A DNA stretch of 63,815 bases, the filler included, from Neolecta irregularis DAH-3 (lineage: Eukaryota), in the NCBI GenBank assembly GCA_001929475.1. It is 4 parts of 4 records of this genome, joined end to end, with 100 filler letters (N's around TTAATTAATTAA, not from the genome) between each part and the next. Parts side by side here need not be neighbours in the genome. Positions count along the whole stretch, not along the records: positions 1 to 26,150 come from LXFE01000134.1; 3 more parts are not named here. One strand, 5' to 3'. Numbering within the stretch: the stretch's first letter is position 1; each line of letters begins with the position of its first letter. Shown piece by piece: positions 1 through 10,746 of this stretch. Made by a program: the position numbers and the translations under genes. The notes under the pieces were generated by a model. The model worked only from the letters and a program-made list of their open reading frames with translations, was not told the DNA's origin and ran no database searches.

Positions 1-275
1 TTCGCGGCTGTGCGCCCGCGCCCACCGCCCTCGCGCGCCCGCCCGCCCTGCCGCCCTCGCCCCGCCCCGGCAAGCGCAAGCGTATGTCCCGCACTCCCCC
101 GCGCTCACCCGCAGACCCCGCCGACGACCGCTTCGAGCCCTACAAGCGCAGAGCAGTCGCCAGCCCGTCGCGCACAGCCAGCCCCCGCACAGCCCCTCCC
201 TCAGCCATATCCCCGCCCTCGCGCGCAGACATCCACGACACAAGCAGCGGCTTCCATAGACTGAGTCTCGGGTGA
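1..275 (+). CDS. 3' end of a conserved fungal hypothetical protein (partial)
   Basis: Open frame from the window start: ...PGKRK..ADDRFEPYKRRAVASPS...DIHDTSSGFHRLSLG*. The KRRAVSPS motif and short C-terminal tail resemble a fungal uncharacterised family (recalled, not searched). Possible 33-nt intron at 82-114 (GTATGT...CTCAC..GCAG). Confidence 0.55.
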   Translation, partial: RGCAPAPTALARPPALPPSPRPGKRKRMSRTPPRSPADPADDRFEPYKRRAVASPSRTASPRTAPPSAISPPSRADIHDTSSGFHRLSLG

Positions 276-366
276 CTTCGAGATCGCATATATATTATTT
301 GTATACTATTAGACGTGGCTCACTACTCCACCTCCACCTCCATCCCCCCGCAATGCCCCTCTTTAC

Positions 367-564
367 ATGATCCCCAGGATAACCAGCTCCCAACGCTCAA
401 AACTAACCTCGTCCCTATTCATCCTCACTTTTGTCACCGCCGTGCTCACCGTCTCGCTGCCCTCCTTGCTCGCTTGTCCCGCTCGCAAAAAACCGGAAAA
501 TCATCCTCCAGTCCAACAGATACAGGATAACCCCAAAAGAAATGTCGTTCAAGATACTCTGTAG
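367..564 (+). CDS. COA2: Cytochrome c oxidase assembly factor Coa2-like small protein
   Basis: 65 aa. RSKLTSSLFILTFVTAVLTVSLPSLLACPA matches the yeast Coa2 pattern (basic N-terminus, hydrophobic helix, L-x-CPA). Confidence 0.7.
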   Translation: MIPRITSSQRSKLTSSLFILTFVTAVLTVSLPSLLACPARKKPENHPPVQQIQDNPKRNVVQDTL

Positions 565-624
565 AACTATGTCGGGTTTGTATGGCTTGTTGGAATATCA
601 TTTGTAAATATGATATCATAGAAT

Positions 625-793
625 ACCATTCTATCATACTTGACCATTCTATCATAGTATACCATTCTATCATACTTGACCGTTCTATCATAGTATACCA
701 TTCTATCATACTTGACCATTCTATCATAGTATACCATTCTATCATACTTGACCATTCTATCATAGTATACCATTCTATCCTACTTGACCATTC
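625..793. repeat. 18-bp minisatellite with alternating variants (36-bp higher-order period)
   Basis: ACCATTCTATCATACTTG and ACCATTCTATCATAGTAT alternate; units start at 625, 643, 661 ... 769, with a partial unit at 787. Confidence 0.95.
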
Positions 794-974
794 ATGACAT
801 CATATAATCTGCCTATCAACAAGCTCCGTCCATTTACAAAGAAAGATATAACAGGAAGAATACTAGTTTCTAGGACGATATAATTATCCTGTTCCATAAG
901 CGTGTTTATTGCGTTTAAATTAGTTTGATTTGATAGTATAGTTTGATAGTGTTTTGAGAGTATATGATATATAG

Positions 975-1200
975 TTTGATAGTTCTTAGTCTGTTGATAG
1001 TTCTTAGTCTGTTTCATAGTTCTTAGTCTGTTTGATAGTTCTTAGTCTGTTTGATAGTTCTTAGTCTGTTTGATAGTACCTTAGTCCGTTTCATACCATC
1101 TTAGTCTGTTTGATAGTTCTTAGTCTGCTTGATAGTCTGTTAGTCCGTTTGATAGTTCTTAGTCTGCTTGATAGTATCTAGTCTTTTGATAGTCTGTTAG
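975..1200. repeat. ~19-bp minisatellite
   Basis: About 12 copies of TTTGATAGTTCTTAGTCTG, decaying toward the 3' side. Confidence 0.9.
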
Positions 1201-1294
1201 ATTGTTTTTGATTCGGTTTCGGGTCCGTAGGTAGTCCGTTGATTGTACCATTTAATTAGTCCTTTCTTTGATTTGTCTCCTTGATAGTCTTACG

Positions 1295-1363
1295 TCTTGA
1301 GTCTTGAGTCTGAGTCTGAGTCTTGAGTCTGGGTCTGAGTCTTGAGTCTTGAGTCTGAGTCTT
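1295..1363. repeat. 6/7-bp microsatellite (TGAGTC / TTGAGTC)n
   Basis: Directly visible run of GAGTCT(T). Confidence 0.9.
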
Positions 1364-1685
1364 ATAGTCTCTTCCTTTGTTTTATAGGTCTGCGTTTTTC
1401 TATCCTTCCCTTTGGAATTATTTCACCGCAAACAAACAGTATTTCATGGTTAATTCAACTCCCCTTGTTTCCAGACCTGTTCAATTGATTATAAACCATG
1501 TTCATAAAACAGTCTGGATTCCCCCGATTATGACACTTCTCCAGATGACTTTGTACTTCTTTTGGTCTTGCGATAGCACTAATTGAAATTCACAGTACTT
1601 TACCCAAATTGTTCAAACCAGATGATTTTTGTTGGAATTTGCAAAGCTCCAAGTAGCCTGATTCGCTTTGTCCAAACCACCAATA

Positions 1686-3481
1686 ATGCTGCCATTGTCT
1701 AAATTTATCAGGGTCATTCCCCGTCTCGCCGACAACAGATCACTCCTAGCGAGGGTATATTTTTCTGTGAAATATTAGTTTACGCAATCAAGAACGCATC
1801 AGCGTTTGCTACCTCTCAATACACCGTACTTGCTCAATCATTCGTGTTGTTTACTTTATCAGCTTCTTGGGGCTTCTTTAACTGAATCGGATCAAGAAAT
1901 CGGATCTATTATCGAAAATGAAAAGAAACGCCAGAGAGAATCTATTGTACTTATCCCCTCAGAAGTATACTTTTCCTGCAGACATTTCCTGACTCCAGAA
2001 TTTTACTTCCAGAGCTGTATTTGATGCCCTTGGATCGCCCATGCAGAATAAATACGCCGAGGGATATCCTGGTGCACGATATTACGGCGGAAATGAGTTC
2101 ATCGATGCCGCTGAGATACTGTGCCAAAAACGGGCTTTGGAAGCATTCGGATTAGACCCTCAAAAATGGGGAGTAAATGTTCAAGGTAGCAATAATTCAC
2201 ACATAGCTGATATAGGCAGCATTGAGTGGTGCACCGGCCAATCTCTATGTTTATCAAGCTGTAATGAAACCCCATGATCGATTGATGGGTTTGGATTTAC
2301 CCCACGGCGGACAGTACGCGGGCTTCCTTTCAAATTTACTGATCAATCAGTCTTTCCCATGGCTACCAAACAGAAAATAAAAAGATTTCGGCTGTTTCGA
2401 CATACTTTGAGACAATGCCCTATCGTTGTGACACTGAAACTGGACTAATTGACTACGACATGTTGGAAAAGACTTCCTTGCTGTTTCGACCAAAAGTCAT
2501 TATTGCTGGAGCAAGCGCTTACTCGAGACTAATTGATTATCCCAGAATGAAAAAGGTACTCGAATCAAAGTTTGGTGCTTACCAAAGATTGCTGAAGCAT
2601 GTGGTGCATACCTAGTATCCGATATGGCACATATTTCTGGTACTACTTGATCGTAGTATGTACTTATTCAAAAGGCATGGTTGCCGCAAAGACTATTCCT
2701 TCACCATTTGAATACTCCGATATTGTAACAACTACCACCCACAAATCACTACGAGGGCCTCGCGGAGCGTTGATATTCTTCCGAAAAGGTCTGAGAAAGA
2801 CGGATAATAAGGGTAATGAAATCATGTACGACCTGGAAAATTCAATCAATTTCTCCGTGTTTCCTAGTCACCAAGGTGGACCGCATGAGAATGTTATTGA
2901 AAGTATTCCCTCTAAAAATCGTTTATTAACTTGTTAGACAGCTATTGCTGTTGCTCTAGGACAAACTATGAAACCAGAATTCAAAGAATATCAGGAAAAA
3001 GTCGTCAAGAATGCCAAAGTTTTGGCTCACAGCATGAATGAACTTGGTTATCGCCTTGTCTCTGGCGGAACAGATACTCACCTAATCTTGATTGATCTTC
3101 GAGATAGCGTATATTCTCTTGTTTTCGTGCTCTTAAATTTAGGGGATCGACGGGGCTCGAGTTGAGCGGATCCTTGAATTGGCAAATATTGCAGCGAATA
3201 AAAATACCGTCCCTGGAGATAAATCTGCGCTGATACCTGGAGGACTTCGTCTGGGAACACCAGCAATGACCACTCGAGGGTTTGAAGGAAATGATTTCGA
3301 AAAGGTCGCGGAATTCATTCATCGAGCCATTGAGATAACAAAGTCTGTACAAAGAAAAAGCGATGCAAAGAAACTCAAGGATTTCAAAGAATATTTGGGA
3401 AATGGGAAACAGGTGGCGGAATTACAAAAATTGAAGCAGGAAGTAATCTCTTACGTCAAAGATATGCCAATTCCTACATAA
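1686..3481 (+). CDS. SHM1: Serine hydroxymethyltransferase, mitochondrial (multi-exon)
   Basis: [30 protein letters not shown] (PLP lysine), [31 protein letters not shown]. Arg-rich presequence [15 protein letters not shown] at 1686. Confidence 0.95.
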
Positions 3482-4022
3482 ACAGACATTAAATAGATAT
3501 AGACCATCAATAAGGCTTAAAATCATGTATACAAATTGATGTTCTCCATGTTTCAAGGGTTATAATAGAGGATCAGAAGCTGGTTTCGGGGATAAATGTC
3601 TCCTTACACCAGTTTACTCATAATGTTATATGACCCTGCGTGATTCCTTACTAGTCTAGGTTGTCACATCTAGGACTAGAAACTATATACTAGACTGCAC
3701 GTATAACATCTAAGGGTTGCAATCTCCGTTACCAAAGTCTGATGAGAAGCACCCTTCGACATCCTTATATACTGACACGAGCAGAAGAATGACATGACTA
3801 CATAATTTATATGAACTGTTCTGTTATACGAATAATGAATCAATCTGAAGGATATTGGAAGGTTCCTATCATTCATGTATTATGCTTTGCTTTTGATAAA
3901 TCGGAGTACCGAAAACTTTGAATATTATAATACGTATTGTCAAACTTGTAGGATTTGCGAAAATCCTTTGCAAAAGTTCGTTTGACTATACCTCGATAGA
4001 TATCCGACCTACGTAGATATGT

Positions 4023-7000
4023 CTAGGAACCATATTCCTCTATCACGCTTCTAGGCGTCGTATATACGCCAATCGGGTGATATTCAACATCGTCAAAACT
4101 GAGTGTTAGCTCGCTCTTACGGCTGAAGGTACCCAAATGCCTTGGGTCCTCCAAAGTCCATTCCTTTTTGCGAATCTGTCCAATGAGGATGAGCTTGAAT
4201 TCCGATCACCGAAACGTTTAATCCATATCGATATTCTGGAGTGCCAATATTATCTCCATTCTGTGAGTCGATTACACAGACTAGATCGGGAACAACAACC
4301 AGCATCTATTAATGAGAGGGTCTCAGCCACACAAATTACCTTATCCTCGCCACAAGGGGATGTATGTTTTACCCACATGTTCTCGTTCTTAAAAGGGATA
4401 GTGACTCGACCATCAAACCTTGTATCGTCTTTATCGGATTCGATGATCACTTCGCCATAGACGTGGCCCTTCCACAATCGACGATCGATATGTACAACCT
4501 TTCCCCTAAAGACAAAACGACTGGATTTTTCCCCTCCACATTCCGCGACAATAGCATCAGCAACAAAATCAATGCTGTTTGTTGTCCTGGCGCATGCTAC
4601 TGCGCGTCCAATCCTCCAGGAAAGAGACATGGTATTTGGAACCACACAGTGCTTGGCATCCTTTCCAAGGAGTGGTCCCAATGCGACACCTACAGAAGAT
4701 CTGTAACTTAGTTGAACAATCAGGTTCGGGAACGTCTACCCCATCTCTGCAAGAGCAGCTCGAAACGCCTTCTCGATCATTTTAGTCGATGTAGCTTCGA
4801 GCATCAACTGATCTCGTCAGGCATACATATGAAAGCACCTGTTACCATCTTATTTCCGTTACCATCTGTCATCAGGGCGGGTAGATAGTGTGTTACATCC
4901 CCCAAAATGCATGGCGTCGTCTGCCACATTGTTGGATAAGCACGACCCATAAAATCACCGTCGAGCACTGGAATATTTGTACATTTTGAAGAGCCAATGG
5001 CAAGCGAATAAAGCCCATTATGCCCACCAATTTCGATTGCAATTATGGCGTCGGGTTCTTTCCCAATGAACGAGTACAGGCTTTTATGTGCTAGGAAGTA
5101 TTCGGGCCCCTGGACACTCTTTAGTAATTTCACAAGTCAGCGTTTGGATACCTTCAATCTTTCCATGGCGATTGTCGGGGAACCCATTCCCCCGCCATGA
5201 GCAATGAGATCACCTTCCGCTAATGATTCAGGTGCAATGATTCGCATAATTGCTCCCTGTCTTATTTGATCTCGAAGGTACAAAAATGTCGTATATGGCG
5301 TTCCACCTCCGCCAGTTCCAAGGATATAACAACCTTGAGTAATCCACTCGAGGTCAGTCTCCGAAATAGTCCACACTCCTTCTTTAACAGTGGGCCTGTA
5401 GCCAAGAATATCCAACGTAGGTGTTTGTATCTCTTGCTTCCCAAGATCCGCTTTTCTATCTGGGGCAAGAGTATCCTGAATAGGCATATCGAACGAACTG
5501 TAAACGGGAACTCTGAACTTTTTACTAAAGTCGAATTCCCCGATACCCTTGATCACAACTCGGACCTTATTGGCAATGTATGGCAACGGGAATGAATCTA
5601 TTTCGGCAATTACGATGGTTTCACGAATTGCTCCGTTCGCGACAACGTTATCGACTACATTTCGCGATAATTGTTCGAGGACCTCCGCCAAGGGAACCTT
5701 ATCTGTGCTGACTACAGTGTCGATGACAGCCGACACCTTGGCCAAAGCAGCTCCAACGGCATTTGCAACTTCATGAAATGGCGGTCGAATAATGCGTGAG
5801 ACGCCTTTGATCGAAGAAGGGGAGATTAAACTGCCCCCTCCCACTAGGAGAACAGGGATATCCTCCGGGGATGTCTTTATTCGATCAATGATCTTTTCCA
5901 AAAGCCTGTTGATTTCGATCTTGTAAGACAGGAAGTACTCCTCAGAGAACCTCCCAGATACCTTGGAAACATCTCCTACCGAAAGGTTATTCTGTATGGC
6001 AACTGCGACATCTGTCGTTGTGATGGTCTCTCCACCAAATACAAGAGCTCTGGTCTCAAGTTCATGACCCACGGAATCAGGACCAACGGAAATCTTGCCG
6101 CTAGACAACTTTCGAACAATGGATCCACCTCCGAGTCCGATACTCTGTACATCAGGCATTGAGAAGTTCATTCGAACTCCCCCAATCGTGGTATACGCCG
6201 CAGCCTGCCGGGGAAGGCCGGTCGGGAGAAGATAACCGACATCGGTTGTAGTTCCGCCTATATCAACGACAATATATGGTTGTTTTTCTCCAGAACCCTC
6301 AGCTGAAAGCAATGCCGCCCCACGCATTGAGTTTGTTGGTCCGCTGTTGAACGTACGAATCGGAAAATTCGCAGCGGCTTCAGCAGAGACTAGAGTTCCA
6401 TCATTTTGGGTGAGATACACCGGGCAATCGAGATTGAGAGCCTTGATTGCATGCTGGAAAGAAATAATTGTTCTTCTTGCAAATTGAAGGATTGAAGCGT
6501 TTAGGATTGAGGCGTTCTCGCGTTCAAGATATCCGAGATTGGCAACTATGTCAGTTAAGTCGGTTCACTGCCAGTAAAGTCCTACCTTCATATGATTTCA
6601 CAACTTTCGCGTCGGGCATCTCTTTCATAACAATTCGAGCAGCCTCATCTTCCTGAGAATGATTGATTGGGGAAAATACTCCCATGATTACTATATTCTG
6701 GAGTTTTCGTGCTTTCATTTCAAGTACATGATTTCGAATTTCTTCTTCATTCAGTTCTTTGATCAATTCGCCGTCAACTTAGCCATAAGTATCACAAAGA
6801 AGGACAAATCCAGTACCTTGATATCCTCCATCGACATAAGCATAATAACCGCAAATAAGATTTGCCAAATTTTCCGGGAAATCGATGAACGGGTGGTTAA
6901 ACCGTGTATACGGCCCGCATAATCGAATGATACCGACCGGAGCAAGTCTTCTTTCATCTTGTTCGATGACGGCATTAATGAAGTGCTTTCGTTAGCTTAC

Positions 7001-7251
7001 AAATGAGCACAACGACGTACCGTCGTGCCAATTACCACGGCATTTATTGAGCTCGCTTTGACCTCCGGGCATTTTGAAAACAAGGCCTTGATTGCAACCT
7101 GAATCCCTGAAGAAACATCCTTGGTTGTCGCTGTTTTGTACCACGCAAGAATGCCGCGATCGGCATCATTGAGCTTCAGCGGATTAATCAACACAGAATC
7201 CGTGTTCGTTCCACCGACATCAACTCCGATTCGAAGATTCATACTCATCAT
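4023..7251 (-). CDS. Hydantoinase/oxoprolinase-DUF917 fusion protein, copy 1 (multi-exon)
   Basis: RIGVDVGGTNTD; NDGTL...SGPTNSMRGAA; VVDIGGTTTD; SIGLGGGS; ANAVGAA; then DUF917 motifs GCYILGTGGGG, MGSPT, EIGGHNG, DGDFMGRAYP, PDLVCVID, YRYG. Ends PRSVIEEYGS*. Confidence 0.92.
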
Positions 7252-8251
7252 GCGAAACTCTTCACCGAAAGTGAGGGATTTTAAAGCCACGTTCAACTAT
7301 CAGGAAATCTCGGTCTGCAGAAGGTCGATCTCTATCAGCGGTCTCGACAGGTCTCGACAGGCCCATGCAAACCAGCTACTATCGCTTCTTCCTCTTTCTT
7401 AGTACTTTCTAACTTAAAAATGTTCCAAAAACAAGACTCGAGTCAAACATTTTGATTTTGATGTTCAGACCCCAGATCATCAAGAAGTCAGGCTACGCAG
7501 TCTCTGACGGGGCTGTTTGGGACTAAATACCCCTTTTTAATTCCTTCATACAGAATTCATCTTCTATCGCGAGAAGGAAAATTATTAGCATATCCGCGTC
7601 TGTTCGCCTGACTGCAAATATAGCCGAAATGATTTGGATGAGCAATAAGCTCTGTCTGGAAACCAGCTTCCATCACTAGTCATTTCAGTTTTCCTATTTT
7701 CATCTTTCTAGTGTTTTTGTCCAATTTGGCTGACCCATTGACCATAATTTTATCTTATCGCTCTAGAACCTTGAATCTAAAATCTAGGGACATAATAAGC
7801 AAAATTCAATGACCTACGCTACTAACTTTACGACCAAGAATTTTGGTACTCCATCCCCTTAAAAAATGGCGATCGGATCAAAATTAGATGGATTGAATAG
7901 TATATTCCCACCCAGAAGCCGCTTGAAAGCGCCAACAAGCTAGCCTCTGGTAGCAAATTGTGAAACAGTTAGGGCATTCCGCCTAGTACAATCATCTGAT
8001 CCCAGCAAGTTGGCCAATTGAGTGTTCGATTTCGCACTTTTTCGTTGGTCTCAATCAAAAGGCTAGGATCCTTTAGCGCTTTTTGTCCCACTTGTTCAGC
8101 CGAACGAACTTTGGTACTTGAAAATCCTACATGCTGAAACTAAATAAACATCCTGGGATAATCCATGCCGAAGGCAATAGGGAGGGACATAGACTTATAA
8201 ATGAAGGTTCTGAGTCTTATTGGTCCTGCCAGATACAAAGCAAATCGGACC

Positions 8252-10445
8252 ATGTCCTTGTCCCAGTACATTTGTCTGTTGGCATGGATTTTTATATTAA
8301 CTGCATCAGGCGATTCGCTGAGTTTAAACAGAAGATTGAACTTCATGGAGACGAGAGTCGACATGAGCAAACAGATCAATGGGTTCAAAATTGACTTGGT
8401 CAATTTTCGTTGATTTCGGTTAGGCGAATAGAGACCTTATTCCACTTCCTTCTGATCGTCGAACCTGGAAGTGGTTTGAGTACTTTGGATACTGGAGCAT
8501 CACCTCCTTGAATGGTTTTAGTGCTCTAATAGTTGGATTGATATGGTAGTTACCGGTTGGCAAACCCCAAATGCATACTTGGGGCTGGGACTTTCCGTAG
8601 GTCAAACTATAACCATCATTATTGTCGGTCGGCTCTTTATCTCCTTTTTTGCAACCCTCAACGGTATCTATCTAGTAACTGGAACGTTCTCATATGCAGG
8701 CATGGTCGGCACGAGATGGCATATTGGTTAGTACTGCCTAATCTAACAAGTCTCATTCTCAAGGTTATTCTATCTCGAACAGGTACACCTGGGGTCTTCG
8801 TGGTGCTTTCTTTCCACTCCTTCAGCGAATATTTATGGTAAAGATTATATGTTCGTTGTTAACTTCTCAGACATTCATTTGGAACGCCGTTCAATGCTGG
8901 AACGGGGGACGTCTTATTACGTATATCTAGGCAAATCTTTATGCTGACCCGAAGAGTCTGTGTATCCGCAATTTGGCCCAGCTTTGCCAAAATCAAGAAT
9001 ACTTTGCCAGAAAGTGCTCATATGACAACTGTTCAGTTGATTGGGTTTACATTGTTTTGGTTCCTTAGTTTGCCGATGTTGTGGATTCCTCCAGAAAAGT
9101 TCAAGCGACCTTTTGCAATTGTTGCAGTATATGTTATTATCGTCATGCTTGCGATTACAGGATGGTCAGTAGGGAGAGCAGGTGGCCAAGCAGGGAAACT
9201 CTTGACCCAGGGTATTTTGATCCTTGGAAGAGCTAATGCTAGGCTCTAATCTCAAACCGGATCAATCGGCGACTTGGTTGATGTTGACGGGTATAACCCA
9301 AATGCTTGGTAGCGTTGGTGATTTTTCCAGCCTGAAAATCCACTTATATCGCAGCTGCTGGTATTACGAATCAGCCAGATTATGCTCGCTTTACCGAAAA
9401 ACCTCAGAACCAAGTAATTGGTCAGACACTTAGTGTATACATGTAAAAATCCGAGTTTGTCTAATTATATTAAGCTTGTCGTCACTGGAACCTTGGTTAG
9501 TTTTCTAGGCCTTGTCACCACAGCGAATTGTCAAACTATCTACGGTGAAATTATCTGGAACCCACCAGATCTCATGATGAAAATGATGGACGATGGCAAA
9601 GGGGGCTTTTGGGCTCGGGTTGCAGTGTTCTTTGCAGCTTTTGGATTTGCACTTGCATCTATGTTTGAAAACGTCTCCGGGAACGCGGTTCGTAAATCTT
9701 TATTAAAAGAGTATAGCTGATATCTCGCAGTTCTCGGGCGGATTTGATCTTGCTGGTATACTCCCGAAATACATCGACATTCATAGAGTAAGGCTGCTTT
9801 TTTTGTTTATCAGGTTAATTATGCAGGGCGCCATAATCACATTTATCATCTGCTGGGTAGTTCAACCATGGCAACTTATCAACAGTGCTACCACATTTCT
9901 TAATGTTCTTTCGTCATATTCTGTCTTCTTGGCTCCGTTGATCGGGATTATGTGCTGCGATTATTTTATAGTTCGCAGGCAAAAGATCAAACTCTCGGAT
10001 CTCTACAGTCCATTGCACAGCATCTACTGGTTCAGGAATGGCATGAACTGGCGCTGTGTTCCGGCCTGGATTGTTGGATGGGCTTTAACACTCCCAGGCT
10101 TCATAGCCACTGTTCAACCCAAGTTTAAAGTGGGTGTTGCCTTTATGAGGCTCTTTTATCTTGCTTTCTTTATTGGTAATGCCGTCCTGTAATCATTGAA
10201 TCTGATAAATAGGATTTCTCTTTAGTGGTGGTGTTTTCTATCTCCTCAATTGCATATTTCCCCCCGAAGGTCTTGGCAAGATCGATGAAATAGATGTATA
10301 TGGAACTTTTACTGAGAAAGAAGCAGCAAAAGTGGGTGTAGTTCCCTTGACCAGGATTGGATGTATCACTGTAACTGGCGAAAAAGCAGACAGTATGGAT
10401 CGTCCTTTGAGGGATACCAAGAATCCGTCGGTTCTTGAGCTTTAA
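8252..10445 (+). CDS. NCS1 family nucleobase/allantoin/uracil permease (multi-exon)
   Basis: NRDLIPLPSDRRTWKW, WQTPNAYLGLGLS, NQPDYARF, IIWNPPDL, QPWQLINSATTFLNVLSSYSVFLAPLIGIMCCDYF, YWFRNGMNWR; many hydrophobic segments. Start inferred from MSLSQ plus an intron. Confidence 0.92.
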
Positions 10446-10746
10446 CATTGATAGTTGTTTGTATTACAATTTCCTTTTATAAGGCCTCCTATATATGTAT
10501 GGGTGCTGGCTCGTCTCGTTATTAGCTTACATTCAACGACCGCTGACTACCATTGATTCTTTGCTTTAAGATGTATTTTCAATCAATTGGTGGATTCCTT
10601 TAAACTAATATCGTGAGGGTCCTGTAAAATGCTTAATTTTTCTGTACAAAACTATGATCGCAGGCAGTCTCTGATTATACTTCCCTCTTGACTGGAGGTA
10701 GGCTTACTATGATACAGAGCAGAAACCTTTACACCATATATCGCAC

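Noticed and set aside
446-1017. Repetitive ORFs (MIEWSS/MIEWYT, YDRMV, HSII, QTKNY)
   Set aside because: They are translations of the minisatellites, open in several frames on both strands, with no non-repeat coding context.
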